From positions 27,443-91,442 of the forward strand of contig CAMEJD010000004.1 in the NCBI GenBank assembly GCA_945919375.1: a DNA stretch of 64,000 nt, in the 5' to 3' direction. Below the pieces are notes generated by a model. The model searched no databases, had not been told where the DNA came from, and was given only the letters and a program-made list of their open reading frames with translations. Made by a program: the position numbers and the translations under genes. The first letter of the stretch is position 1; each line of letters opens with the position of its first letter. Shown in pieces: positions 10,351 through 19,398 of this stretch. This DNA is from an uncultured Clostridia bacterium. Its GTDB lineage: Bacteria; Bacillota; Clostridia; Christensenellales; UBA1242.

Positions 10351-10380
10351 ATAAAAAAACTTGCATTTCTTATGCAAGTT
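10351..10380 (-). terminator. Intrinsic terminator downstream of 10389..11195
   Basis: The stem pairs aacttgcat (10358-10366) with atgcaagtt (10372-10380). A plus-strand A-run lies immediately upstream, which gives a T-tract on the minus strand. Confidence 0.6.
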
Positions 10381-10388
10381 CTTTTATC

Positions 10389-11195
10389 TTATCTATCAAG
10401 TTCCTCTGTTCTTTCTTTGCTATTTTGTATATATTTTTGTGTTACTTCTTTTTTGATTTCATTTGTTTGTTTTTCAAACTTTTCGGTTGTAAACAATGGC
10501 AACTTTTGACAAAGTTTTTCTTCATTCAAGTTTGTCAATTCTATATCTTTATATTTCTTTATAGATTCTGAACATTTGACTGTTGCTTTCATCACATTAC
10601 TTATTTGTGGCATTACAACTTGTTTTGCACCTTTCCATATATCTTGCGAACCACCTTTAAGAGTTTCACTATTTGTTTGAATTGGTCGTATAAGTTCATT
10701 TAAATTTTCGCCACAATGATATTTTATATCATCAACACATTTTCTATATTCTTTCAAATCTTTGTATGTAAAGCCATCTTTAAGGTTGAGCAAATCTTTG
10801 TATTTGTGTTCAAGAAGCATTGAAGTATTTTCCATTTCGTTACTTATATCCAAAAGTTTTTGAACACACCCTTCTTCTTCTTGATTATCATTATATTTGG
10901 ACTGTATAAGAATTCTTATTGCCTTTGATATCATAATAGACATTGCACCAACAACTGGCACTATCACAAGCGACAATGCAAGCATACTTGCCGACATAAG
11001 CGGAGAAACACAAAAACCAATTGCACCACCAACAAAAGCCAAAAACATCAATGTGTCAATTATCCAACCTTTATGGAAGAATGAACCCCACCCTACTTTT
11101 TTGTATGCTTTTTTTGTTTTTGCATAGTTGCTTATTTTTTCATGCGATTCATCAAGCATTTTTATTACATTTTTAATATCGTCAATCTCTTTCAT
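10389..11195 (-). CDS. Hypothetical membrane protein (two central TM helices and a cytoplasmic helical tail)
   Basis: This is a 268-aa ORF with a hydrophobic hairpin (WIIDTLMFLAFVGGAIGF...LSLVIVPVVGAMSIMI). It has its own terminator. Confidence 0.6.
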   Translation of the reverse strand: MKEIDDIKNVIKMLDESHEKISNYAKTKKAYKKVGWGSFFHKGWIIDTLMFLAFVGGAIGFCVSPLMSASMLALSLVIVPVVGAMSIMISKAIRILIQSKYNDNQEEEGCVQKLLDISNEMENTSMLLEHKYKDLLNLKDGFTYKDLKEYRKCVDDIKYHCGENLNELIRPIQTNSETLKGGSQDIWKGAKQVVMPQISNVMKATVKCSESIKKYKDIELTNLNEEKLCQKLPLFTTEKFEKQTNEIKKEVTQKYIQNSKERTEELDR

Positions 11196-11253
11196 AATAA
11201 CTCACTTTCCCTTATAGTTTAACCTTGACATAATATTTTGTCAATATACAACT

Positions 11254-11280
11254 TAAAAAAAGACTTGCAATTCTTGCAAG
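11254..11280 (-). terminator. Intrinsic terminator downstream of 11293..11946
   Basis: The stem pairs cttgcaa with ttgcaag (11264-11280). It is flanked by an A-run upstream and ccctttttac downstream. The sequence closely resembles the terminator at 10351-10380. Confidence 0.5.
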
Positions 11281-11292
11281 CCCTTTTTACTA

Positions 11293-11946
11293 TTATTTTA
11301 TGTATTCGTCATCTTTGTTGTAAATTTTTTCACTTGTGTATGTTTGTGATATCTGAGTGTTTGTTTTTTGGTTACTATTTACTTTAAAATCTTCAACTTC
11401 ATAATCTTTTATAATGATTGGTTGGTTAAGTTGTTCTTTTGACATTACGCTTGTGTCAACATCACTTAATTGTTTTAAGTCACTATCTAATTTACGTATT
11501 GACATAACCAATGCATTAAACTCTTTGCCTTGTAATCTATTTGCAAGATCTAACCAATCCGTTTGATTGTCAACATCTTTAGAATTTGCGTAATTTTCAC
11601 ATTTTTTCAAAACATCTTGCTTATAGTTATTAAGCACAATTTTAGAACGTTCGTTATATTTCTTTAATTTTTCAATATCTTTGTATGTTACATAGCCTTT
11701 TCTTAATATATTGCTATATGTCATTGACTTCCAAGGATAACTTTTTGCATTGTTTGTTAAAGCAACTCTTCCAATCTTACCTTTCCCCTTTGATGCAATC
11801 AATTCAGTTAATCCACCAAAAAATCCCGAAACCAAACCTGCTCCGCAACCCATTATCAATGCAAGAAGTATATCACCCTTTAGCAATGCAATAGGCATCA
11901 AACACAAAATTCCAATCAAACCATACGATAAAGATGCTCCACCCAT
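11293..11946 (-). CDS. Hypothetical membrane protein (N-terminal Gly-rich TM hairpin); weak paralog of 10389..11195
   Basis: This is a 217-aa ORF with N-terminal hydrophobic, Gly-rich helices. It shares a G(Y/F)xTYKD(I/L)(E/K)x(L/Y)(K/R)K patch with the neighbouring ORF. Confidence 0.6.
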   Translation of the reverse strand: MGGASLSYGLIGILCLMPIALLKGDILLALIMGCGAGLVSGFFGGLTELIASKGKGKIGRVALTNNAKSYPWKSMTYSNILRKGYVTYKDIEKLKKYNERSKIVLNNYKQDVLKKCENYANSKDVDNQTDWLDLANRLQGKEFNALVMSIRKLDSDLKQLSDVDTSVMSKEQLNQPIIIKDYEVEDFKVNSNQKTNTQISQTYTSEKIYNKDDEYIK

Positions 11947-12184
11947 ATCAAAGAAAAATGCTTTTTTGACATTTTGTCAGTTTTTTGGATTTCCTTTATT
12001 TTTTTTCTTGTAGGCATTTACACTATCACAATAGTTTTGAATATCTTGTACCAATTTTTGACTATTCATTTATTATTTCCCTTCCTTTTTCTTTCCTTAA
12101 TTTTATACCTATATCGCAATATTATCAATACCTCAGTTTTTATAAGTACTTTCATACACAAAGAATATTTGCATATACTACAAT

Positions 12185-13093
12185 ATGAAAAAAATTGTAA
12201 TATTATCCCAATTTAATTTTTTGTTACAAATTGAAAACAAAAATTATGAATTAGACAACAAGCATTTTGTTGAAGTGGAAAATCATAAACAAAATTTTAG
12301 TTTTCTTGCTTATCCAATAGCAAATACAATGTCGCTTCCTTATACAGTAAGATTTGAAGAATTAAACCCCAAAAGCACTCCTTATTACGAAATTTTTTCC
12401 TTTTCCGACAGATATGAAATCAAACTAAAATTGTTTACATTATATTCAATGGTTCCAATAGAAAACTATTCTTGCCAAATAAAAAATGTTAGGTATCTTG
12501 TAAAATGCTTTACTGATAGAATTTGCATTTCTTGTTCAAGTGGCGAATATGTTTATGAAATAAACCAAGCAAGTTGCACTTTTTGGACAAAAGGCAACCT
12601 TATATATATTATGGGTGAAAACGAAAATGGCAAAATTCTTACATTGTTTAACACCGAAAACAAGACTTTTTGCTCTCAATGCGGTGAAGAAATTGAAATA
12701 GACGACACAAAAATAAAATGTTTAAACACTCCAAGAAATTCTCTACGATGTAAAATTTTGTCAACTTTCAATATTGATAACTTGGAAAAAATAAATGACG
12801 AATTTTACAAAAAAGAGAACGAAATTGAAACAAAATATCCAACTTTTTTAGTCCCTTACAAATTTTTTGACGCAATAATAATAAAAGACTACAAAACTGC
12901 ACAAAAGTATTTAACCCCAAATTTAAAGAACACTCTTTCCACAAAAACTTTAAGTTCGTATTTTGATGGACTTGTGGAAGTAAACCTATATAAAATTACT
13001 CCACTTATTTATACCCTATATTTTAATGACAAAGCAGCAGACTACAAAATCACAATAGTAAAAGGACTTATTGACGACATAGAAGATATATAA
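12185..13093 (+). CDS. Hypothetical protein
   Basis: This is a 302-aa ORF with no recognisable motif. It has no clear Shine-Dalgarno sequence. Confidence 0.5.
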   Translation: MKKIVILSQFNFLLQIENKNYELDNKHFVEVENHKQNFSFLAYPIANTMSLPYTVRFEELNPKSTPYYEIFSFSDRYEIKLKLFTLYSMVPIENYSCQIKNVRYLVKCFTDRICISCSSGEYVYEINQASCTFWTKGNLIYIMGENENGKILTLFNTENKTFCSQCGEEIEIDDTKIKCLNTPRNSLRCKILSTFNIDNLEKINDEFYKKENEIETKYPTFLVPYKFFDAIIIKDYKTAQKYLTPNLKNTLSTKTLSSYFDGLVEVNLYKITPLIYTLYFNDKAADYKITIVKGLIDDIEDI

Positions 13094-13208
13094 TTCTAAA
13101 TTTTGTTTAATATTTTTTATATTTTAATTTAATATTCTATATGTATTTAATATTATACTGTTGATTTTTTGATACAATAGTAGTATCATATATGTTAGGA
13201 GAACATAT

Positions 13209-14183
13209 ATGGATATTTTTATAAACAACTTAAAGCATCTTGCAAAGTTGTATTCACAACACGATATTGCAGAAAAAACCGGATTTTCCAGTGGCAGTAT
13301 CGCAAATTACATAAATGGCAAAAGTTTGCCATCTGCGCAATTTTTGCTTGCGTTAAAAAGGGCATACAAAATTGACATAGACCAATTTTTAACAACAAAC
13401 ATGGATGACACAAGTTTTAATTTTGTGAAGGATATTTCATACAAAAAATACTTTGGAACATACATTGTTTACTATTACAATTCAAGTGCATATAAGGGCA
13501 AAGTTGGAAGTTACAACTACGACATCTTAACCTTTGGGATTATTTCAATTGTTGATGATGTTGACATTTCTTCCCCAAAAGGTGTGAAGGCCTATGGTCT
13601 TTTTATGGTTGACAGGCAAAAGGCAGAAGAATATTTTAAAACACTTTCTTCCTTTGATGGTGATGTTAAAAAAATCGCAGACTTTTATGCGCAATTCCCA
13701 AACTATTATTGGGGGAGTTTGGATCAAAACCCACAACAGATTTTTGTTTCGTTAAATAACAACAACGACAAGTGTATGATAATCTTAAACAATCCACCAA
13801 CACAAAGCCACTATATCGGCGGACTTGGTACAGTAAACTCAATTTCAAGAGGCAGAGAACACATACCTTGCGTGCAATATATTTTGGTTGCAAGCAAAAT
13901 TTTAAAAATTCCGGATGGCGAAATATATAACCTTCTTGCCCTTGGAATAAGTGATTTTAATATAAAAAATGAAGTAAATGAACTTATTAACCTTTTCAAA
14001 AGATTATATAGTAACCAAAAAGATAGTGGGCTTAGCGAATATCAGCAAAAAAAGATTATTGAGGACAGCGTAAAAAATATTATTTCAAACTGTATAGAAT
14101 CAAATATGTTTAGATTTGCAAAAGTAAGCAATTTTGAAGACGATAACTATTATCGTTTAATAAAGGATGCAGACTATGACTAA
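13209..14183 (+). CDS. XRE-family helix-turn-helix protein with a large uncharacterised C-terminal domain
   Basis: The N-terminus (QHDIAEKTGFSSGSIANYINGKSLPSAQFLLALKRAY) matches the Cro/C1-type HTH pattern. An aggag sequence lies about 7 nt upstream of the ATG. Confidence 0.75.
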   Translation: MDIFINNLKHLAKLYSQHDIAEKTGFSSGSIANYINGKSLPSAQFLLALKRAYKIDIDQFLTTNMDDTSFNFVKDISYKKYFGTYIVYYYNSSAYKGKVGSYNYDILTFGIISIVDDVDISSPKGVKAYGLFMVDRQKAEEYFKTLSSFDGDVKKIADFYAQFPNYYWGSLDQNPQQIFVSLNNNNDKCMIILNNPPTQSHYIGGLGTVNSISRGREHIPCVQYILVASKILKIPDGEIYNLLALGISDFNIKNEVNELINLFKRLYSNQKDSGLSEYQQKKIIEDSVKNIISNCIESNMFRFAKVSNFEDDNYYRLIKDADYD

Positions 14184-15642
14184 TTATGAACAAGAATATA
14201 ACAACATAATTGACGACCTGAAAAATAAAAATAGTGCCGACATATATAATGTTGTAAAAGCATACAATTTTGCAAAACAAAAACACGATGGGCAATTTAG
14301 AAAAGGTGGCGACCCTTATATTATCCATCCAGTTGAAGTTGCCGGCATTCTTGAAAAGTTGGACTTTAACACCGATGTTATCGCTGCAGCACTGCTCCAC
14401 GATACCGTTGAAGATTGCAAAGTCACAATTGAAGAAATTGAAAAAGAGTTCAACAAACAAATTGCCGAAATTGTGGACAGCGTTACTGCGATAACAAAAG
14501 AAAACTACACCCTTGACAGCAACAACCTTTATGCCGAACAGGACTTTTTGAAACTTGCAGTTGATGACAAAACCTATCAAAAGTTAATAAGTCTTGGCAA
14601 ACAAAACAAGTTTGGATTTTATATAAAATTTGCCGACAGAGTAAACAATCTTCAAACAATTGGATGCTTTGCAAAATATAAAAAAGAAGCAAAAGTAAAA
14701 GAAACCGAAAAATGGATAATTCCACTTGCAAAACTATTAAAGACAAAATATTTTTACGACACATTAACCAACTATTGTTTTTTGATAACAAATGAAGATA
14801 AATCGGCAAACTTTTTAAGTTTTCTAAAACGAAATTATGAGAATGCAAAGGTTTATATCTCTCAACTTATAAGTTACATAACAAACGAAATCTCGGTTTA
14901 CCTTCCTTCACTAAAATCCAACCTGTCACTATACAAAGTGATAATCAAACCAAAAACCGAAAAACAAATTTTTGACGAAATTTCTCAAAGGTTTGAAATA
15001 AACAATCTTGAAAAAATAAAAGAAAGCAACTTGGTTTTTGTTCCTCTCTATAATGTTTATATAGTATTCAATGAAAACCTAAACAATATCCAAAACCTTT
15101 CACTATTATACGAATTATTAACCGAAACAAATTTAAGCACTTTGTTTAGTTGTATTGGATTCAACCAAGACGAACTTGGAAACAAATTTTTGAAAGTTCA
15201 AGACAAAATAAGGAACCTTTATGACGTCACTTTGCTTTCTCGTCACGAATATACAATTATGCAAAATGGCACAATAAAAGGTACGGACATTGATATACTT
15301 GACGAAACAACTGCTGGGAAAATTGAAACAAAATATATATCAATAATCACACCAACCAATGATAGAATAAGAATTCCAGAAAACAGCACAGTTCTTGATT
15401 TTGCTTTTAGACTTCACAACGACGTTGGATTTTCTTGCAAATGTGCATACATAAACAATTCCCCAAATAGTTCGCCGGTGTATACAAAACTAAACGATGG
15501 CGACAAAGTTGAAATTGTATGCGAATTAAAAGACGGAATAAATATCAATATTGCTACACTAAAGTGGCTTGCTTATTGCGAAAACGAATACACAAAAAGA
15601 GCTCTTATCAAATACTTTGAAAAAAAATTTAATCATCAATAG
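14167..15642 (+). CDS. RelA/SpoT-homolog: HD (p)ppGpp-hydrolase domain, degenerate synthetase-like region and TGS domain, lacking the usual C-terminal regulatory half
   Basis: The HD motifs are HPVEVAGIL, ALLHDTVED and FADRVNNLQT. The TGS-like segment is IITPTNDRIRIPENSTVLDFAFRLHNDVG...NDGDKVEIV. The likely true start is the ATG at 14176, which gives an ATGACTAA overlap with the upstream stop codon. Confidence 0.8.
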   Translation: MQTMTNYEQEYNNIIDDLKNKNSADIYNVVKAYNFAKQKHDGQFRKGGDPYIIHPVEVAGILEKLDFNTDVIAAALLHDTVEDCKVTIEEIEKEFNKQIAEIVDSVTAITKENYTLDSNNLYAEQDFLKLAVDDKTYQKLISLGKQNKFGFYIKFADRVNNLQTIGCFAKYKKEAKVKETEKWIIPLAKLLKTKYFYDTLTNYCFLITNEDKSANFLSFLKRNYENAKVYISQLISYITNEISVYLPSLKSNLSLYKVIIKPKTEKQIFDEISQRFEINNLEKIKESNLVFVPLYNVYIVFNENLNNIQNLSLLYELLTETNLSTLFSCIGFNQDELGNKFLKVQDKIRNLYDVTLLSRHEYTIMQNGTIKGTDIDILDETTAGKIETKYISIITPTNDRIRIPENSTVLDFAFRLHNDVGFSCKCAYINNSPNSSPVYTKLNDGDKVEIVCELKDGININIATLKWLAYCENEYTKRALIKYFEKKFNHQ

Positions 15643-15645
15643 GCA

Positions 15646-15681
15646 TAAAAAAATATCTACCAAAATGTAGATATTTTTTTG
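15646..15681. terminator. Bidirectional intrinsic terminator between convergent genes
   Basis: The stem pairs atatctac (15653-15660) with gtagatat (15667-15674). An A-run lies upstream and a T-run downstream. Confidence 0.7.
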
Positions 15682-15685
15682 CTTA

Positions 15686-15958
15686 TTAGTTGAATAAGTC
15701 TTTATAAGCTTTTCCAAACTTTAATGCAGGTGCTTTTGAAGCAGGTATACTAACTTTTTCTTTTGTTTGTGGGTTAATACCTTCTCTTGCAGGTTTTTCA
15801 CGAACTTCAAATGTTCCAAAACCAACAAGTTGAACTTTTTCACCTTTCTTCATAGTGTCAGTTACAACTTCAACAAAAGCGTCATATGCAACTCCAGCTT
15901 CTTTAATTGTTAAATGGGCTTTGTCAGCCATTGCTTTAACGAATTCTCCTTTGTTCAT
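15686..15958 (-). CDS. hup: DNA-binding protein HU
   Basis: The 90-aa protein reads MNKGEFVKAMA...VQLVGFGTFEVREKPAREGINPQTKEKVSIPASKAPALKFGKAYKD. This is the canonical HU/IHF signature. Confidence 0.95.
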   Translation of the reverse strand: MNKGEFVKAMADKAHLTIKEAGVAYDAFVEVVTDTMKKGEKVQLVGFGTFEVREKPAREGINPQTKEKVSIPASKAPALKFGKAYKDLFN

Positions 15959-16005
15959 ACCTTTCCCCTTTTTTTGGATTCTTAAAGATTTCTTTAAGTG
16001 ATTAT

Positions 16006-16033
16006 ATTATACCCTATTTTATATAATTTTCAA
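16006..16033 (-). promoter_or_regulatory. Candidate sigma-A promoter for hup
   Basis: On the minus strand, TTGAAA is followed by a 16-nt spacer and TATAAT. A GGGGAAAGG ribosome-binding site precedes the ATG. Confidence 0.45.
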
Positions 16034-16135
16034 ACTAATTTACAAAAAAAATTTGCCGAACCCCTTTATTTTAAAGGAATACAGCCCATTTTTAATATAA
16101 AAAAGAACCATTATATAAATAATGGTTCAAAATTC

Positions 16136-16972
16136 TTATTTTGCAATATATAATACACCAAGAGTTTTTGGCCCACAATGTGTGCAAATTGTTGAACAAG
16201 CACGACATTCTATAATATCTTTAAAGCCATCTTCTTTTAGCATATTTACAATTGTTTCTCTTGCTGGGTCAACTGGTGATGAATATGTTACAAAAACTCT
16301 ATCCTTGTTTGGCTCAACTTCTTTTAACATATCTTTGCAATATTTTATCAAGCAACTGTTAATGCTTCCCATATATTTTTTGGTTACTTCCATCTTTCCA
16401 TTGATTAAACTTATTCTTGGTTTTATTGAAAACATTGCAGCACCAATTTTTGCAACACCACTACATCTTCCACCTTTGTGAAGATATTTTAAGGTATCAA
16501 TTAAAAATGACGCTTGAACTTTTGGGACTTCTTCATTTATTTCTTTTAATATTGTTTCAAGGTCTTTGCCTTCTTTTATCTTGTCCACACAAGACAAAAC
16601 CAAAAGTCCCGTTCCACTTGACAAACTTTTTGAGTCTATAACATACACATTGTTAAATTTTTCTGCGGCTCTTTGTGCATTACTGCATGCACTTGAGATT
16701 TCAGATGACAAACAAAAATGTATTACTGCATCATTATCCTTTAACTTGCGAGCAAAAAACTCTTCATACTCAACTTCGTTTATCGCCGAAGTCTTTGGCA
16801 ACTCTTTTGTTTTGTCGGCATAATCATACAAATCTTGTGGAGTTACATCAATTCCGTCATGTCTTAATTCTTCGCCAAGCATTACACCAAAAGGTATAAT
16901 ATCTATATTTTCTTTTTCTCTTATCTCTTGTGGAATGTCACAAGTACTTTCTGCTGTAATTCCTATCTTCAT
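16136..16972 (-). CDS. DegV-family fatty-acid-binding protein
   Basis: The 278-aa protein starts MKIGITAESTCDIP and contains the LHKGGRCSGVAKIGA motif. These are typical of the DegV family. Confidence 0.9.
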   Translation of the reverse strand: MKIGITAESTCDIPQEIREKENIDIIPFGVMLGEELRHDGIDVTPQDLYDYADKTKELPKTSAINEVEYEEFFARKLKDNDAVIHFCLSSEISSACSNAQRAAEKFNNVYVIDSKSLSSGTGLLVLSCVDKIKEGKDLETILKEINEEVPKVQASFLIDTLKYLHKGGRCSGVAKIGAAMFSIKPRISLINGKMEVTKKYMGSINSCLIKYCKDMLKEVEPNKDRVFVTYSSPVDPARETIVNMLKEDGFKDIIECRACSTICTHCGPKTLGVLYIAK

Positions 16973-16978
16973 ATTTTA

Positions 16979-17815
16979 CTACTCCTTTATGTACATTATA
17001 CCCAATGTCTTTTTTCCACAATGGATACTTATTGATGGACCTGCTTGTCCAACCAAAATTTCCTTAAAGCCATAATCTTTAAGTTTTTGTATTATTTTTT
17101 CTTCTGCTTCAACTGGGGAAGATGATATAACAAATACTCTATCCAAATTTGGTTTTGCTTCGTTTAATATATCGTCACAATACTTAATTAAGCAATTATT
17201 AATATTGCCAACATATTTTTTTGTTACTTCCATTTTGCCGTCAACAATACTTATTCTTGGTTTTATTTGTAAAAATTTTGAAAATGCTTTGGCAACGCCA
17301 CTACATCTTCCACCTTTATGCAAGTATTCCAAAGTATCAATCAAAAATGATGTTTGAATTTTATCTCTAATTTCTTCTGCGTGTTTTATAATTTCTTCAA
17401 CACTTTTTCCCATTTTTGCCCAAATTGCACATTCCAAAACAACAAGACCAAATCCACAAGAAAGATTACGGCTATCTATTGTGTAAACATTTTGCATATT
17501 TTCACTTGCTCGTCTTGCGTTTGAACCTGTGGAAGAAATTTCCCACGAGAAAGAAATATGAATTACTGCATCATAATCTTTTAATAATTTATTAAAATGT
17601 TCAGTATATTCATATTCATTATACGCTGATGTTGTTGGCAACTTACCAGTTTTTTCAACATATTCAAAAACATCTTGAGTTGTTCCTGTAACACCATCAT
17701 GCCTTAAATCATCTTCGCCAAGCGAAAATGGCATTGCATTAAGATGTATATCATATTCTTCACAAATTTCATTGGATAAATCGCATGTACTATCTGCACT
17801 AATCGCTATTTTCAT
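16979..17815 (-). CDS. DegV-family fatty-acid-binding protein (tandem paralog)
   Basis: The 278-aa protein starts MKIAISADSTCDL and contains LHKGGRCSGVAKAFS. It is colinear with the downstream paralog. Confidence 0.9.
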   Translation of the reverse strand: MKIAISADSTCDLSNEICEEYDIHLNAMPFSLGEDDLRHDGVTGTTQDVFEYVEKTGKLPTTSAYNEYEYTEHFNKLLKDYDAVIHISFSWEISSTGSNARRASENMQNVYTIDSRNLSCGFGLVVLECAIWAKMGKSVEEIIKHAEEIRDKIQTSFLIDTLEYLHKGGRCSGVAKAFSKFLQIKPRISIVDGKMEVTKKYVGNINNCLIKYCDDILNEAKPNLDRVFVISSSPVEAEEKIIQKLKDYGFKEILVGQAGPSISIHCGKKTLGIMYIKE

Positions 17816-17962
17816 TTTACTCCCCTAAACAAAGTTAAGTTTACAAAATATTATATTATTTGTCAAATATATACTTGACTTTTGCATATTTGTGATTCTA
17901 AAAATTTTTGTAAATTTTTTTAATTACTTGTTGCAACAAATTTATTGTGATATAATTTATAT

Positions 17963-18679
17963 ATGGAAACAACAGATTCATCAAATTATCACACAGGTCA
18001 CAGAAAAAGGTTAAGGCAACTAATTGACAGAGTTGGACTAAAAAATTTATCCGATGTTCAAATTATGGAGCAATTACTAACTGTAACAAATGCAAGAAAA
18101 GATACAAACGAAATTGCTCATAGACTGCTGGAAAAATTTGGGTCAATTTCCCGTATACTTAATGCAAGTTATGACGAACTTATAGAGATTCCCGGAGTTG
18201 GAGATATAACTGCAAAACTAATAACTTACATACCTCAACTGTTTGAAATATACATGGAAGAACAAAATTCAACAAAAAACTATATCAAAAATTATAACGA
18301 CCTATATAACCTAGTTTACCCATATTTTAAAAATGAGAAAAATGAATGTGTTTATGTTGCCTATATGGACAAAAACGACAAACTTTCGTTTTGTGAAAAA
18401 ATTGCAGAAGGCGACTTTAAGGAAGTTCAAATTGACATCCCAAAACTTTTGTGCAAACTCATAAAAAGGTCGGAGAAGAAATTGGTATTTGCACACAACC
18501 ACCCATACGGTTCTGTAAGTCCGTCAAAACAAGATTATGACACGCACTGCCTTTTGTCAACAACGTTAAATCCCCTTGGCTTTGAAATTTATGACAGCAT
18601 AATTATCAACAAAGATTGTTTGTATTCAATAAAAAACACAATGAAAGTTGAATGTAAACCAAACACATCAAAAAAGTGA
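17963..18679 (+). CDS. radC: RadC-family JAB/MPN domain protein
   Basis: It has an HhH segment (ELIEIPGVGDITAKL) and a JAMM-like motif (FAHNHPYGSVSPSKQD). Confidence 0.85.
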   Translation: METTDSSNYHTGHRKRLRQLIDRVGLKNLSDVQIMEQLLTVTNARKDTNEIAHRLLEKFGSISRILNASYDELIEIPGVGDITAKLITYIPQLFEIYMEEQNSTKNYIKNYNDLYNLVYPYFKNEKNECVYVAYMDKNDKLSFCEKIAEGDFKEVQIDIPKLLCKLIKRSEKKLVFAHNHPYGSVSPSKQDYDTHCLLSTTLNPLGFEIYDSIIINKDCLYSIKNTMKVECKPNTSKK

Positions 18680-18718
18680 GTACTTTTAATCATACAGGTT
18701 ATTTGTACTCACCTTTTT

Positions 18719-19381
18719 TTAATCTTTTAACAAATCTAATATTTTATGTTTTTCGATATATTTTGATATCTCAACAAACATATCTTTCTCTTGGTCTTTT
18801 ACATCTTTTGTAAAAATCGGTCTATCATTATAAATAAAGAAAGTTGATGCCCTTTTTGCTCCACGCGCTTGCAATTTTGTTATTTTTTCGCTTTCTTTTA
18901 CACATTTTTCAGCATTTTCTAATTTCATATAACCTTGCTCGTCATAAATTTTTGCTTGCAAATCGCATTCAAGTTTATCACACTTTTTTGCAAAAATCCC
19001 TTCAGGAGTTGTTCCATTATTGAAGTTATCCAAAAGATTTTCAAAAACTTCTTTTGCGACCAGACCGGAAAAGATTTTTTTGGTTGCTTCTTTACCTTGT
19101 TTTACCTTATCTTGATAACCTTTGTCAAAAGGCGTTAAATCACCAATAATAATCTCTTCGGTTTCGTGAATTGCAAGTGTAAGCAAAACTTCGGACAAGT
19201 TTACTGGTGGCAAGGTTTGTGACCAAATCCCAATAGCAAGCATACATGTACCATAAATATGTTCGGCAACACTTTCTAGTCTTTCTTTTTTTACATGCCA
19301 ATATTTCCAACCACTTCGCACAACATCTTTAAGTTTTGTTGTTTGTAAATAGTATTTTATTATGCTTTCAACTTTTTCCAT
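18719..19381 (-). CDS. HD-domain phosphohydrolase (YfbR-like 5'-nucleotidase family)
   Basis: The motifs ESVAEHIYG ... AIHETEEIIIGDLTPFD fit the H..HD..D pattern. Confidence 0.7.
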   Translation of the reverse strand: MEKVESIIKYYLQTTKLKDVVRSGWKYWHVKKERLESVAEHIYGTCMLAIGIWSQTLPPVNLSEVLLTLAIHETEEIIIGDLTPFDKGYQDKVKQGKEATKKIFSGLVAKEVFENLLDNFNNGTTPEGIFAKKCDKLECDLQAKIYDEQGYMKLENAEKCVKESEKITKLQARGAKRASTFFIYNDRPIFTKDVKDQEKDMFVEISKYIEKHKILDLLKD

Positions 19382-19398
19382 TTATATCCCCTTTCCCT

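Noticed and set aside
16136-17815. Tandem DegV paralogs, and likewise the tandem YugP-like peptidases at 53633-55138, considered as noteworthy duplications
   Set aside because: Multiple adjacent DegV genes are, to my recollection, common in Firmicutes. Both pairs are diverged and look like ordinary old duplications.
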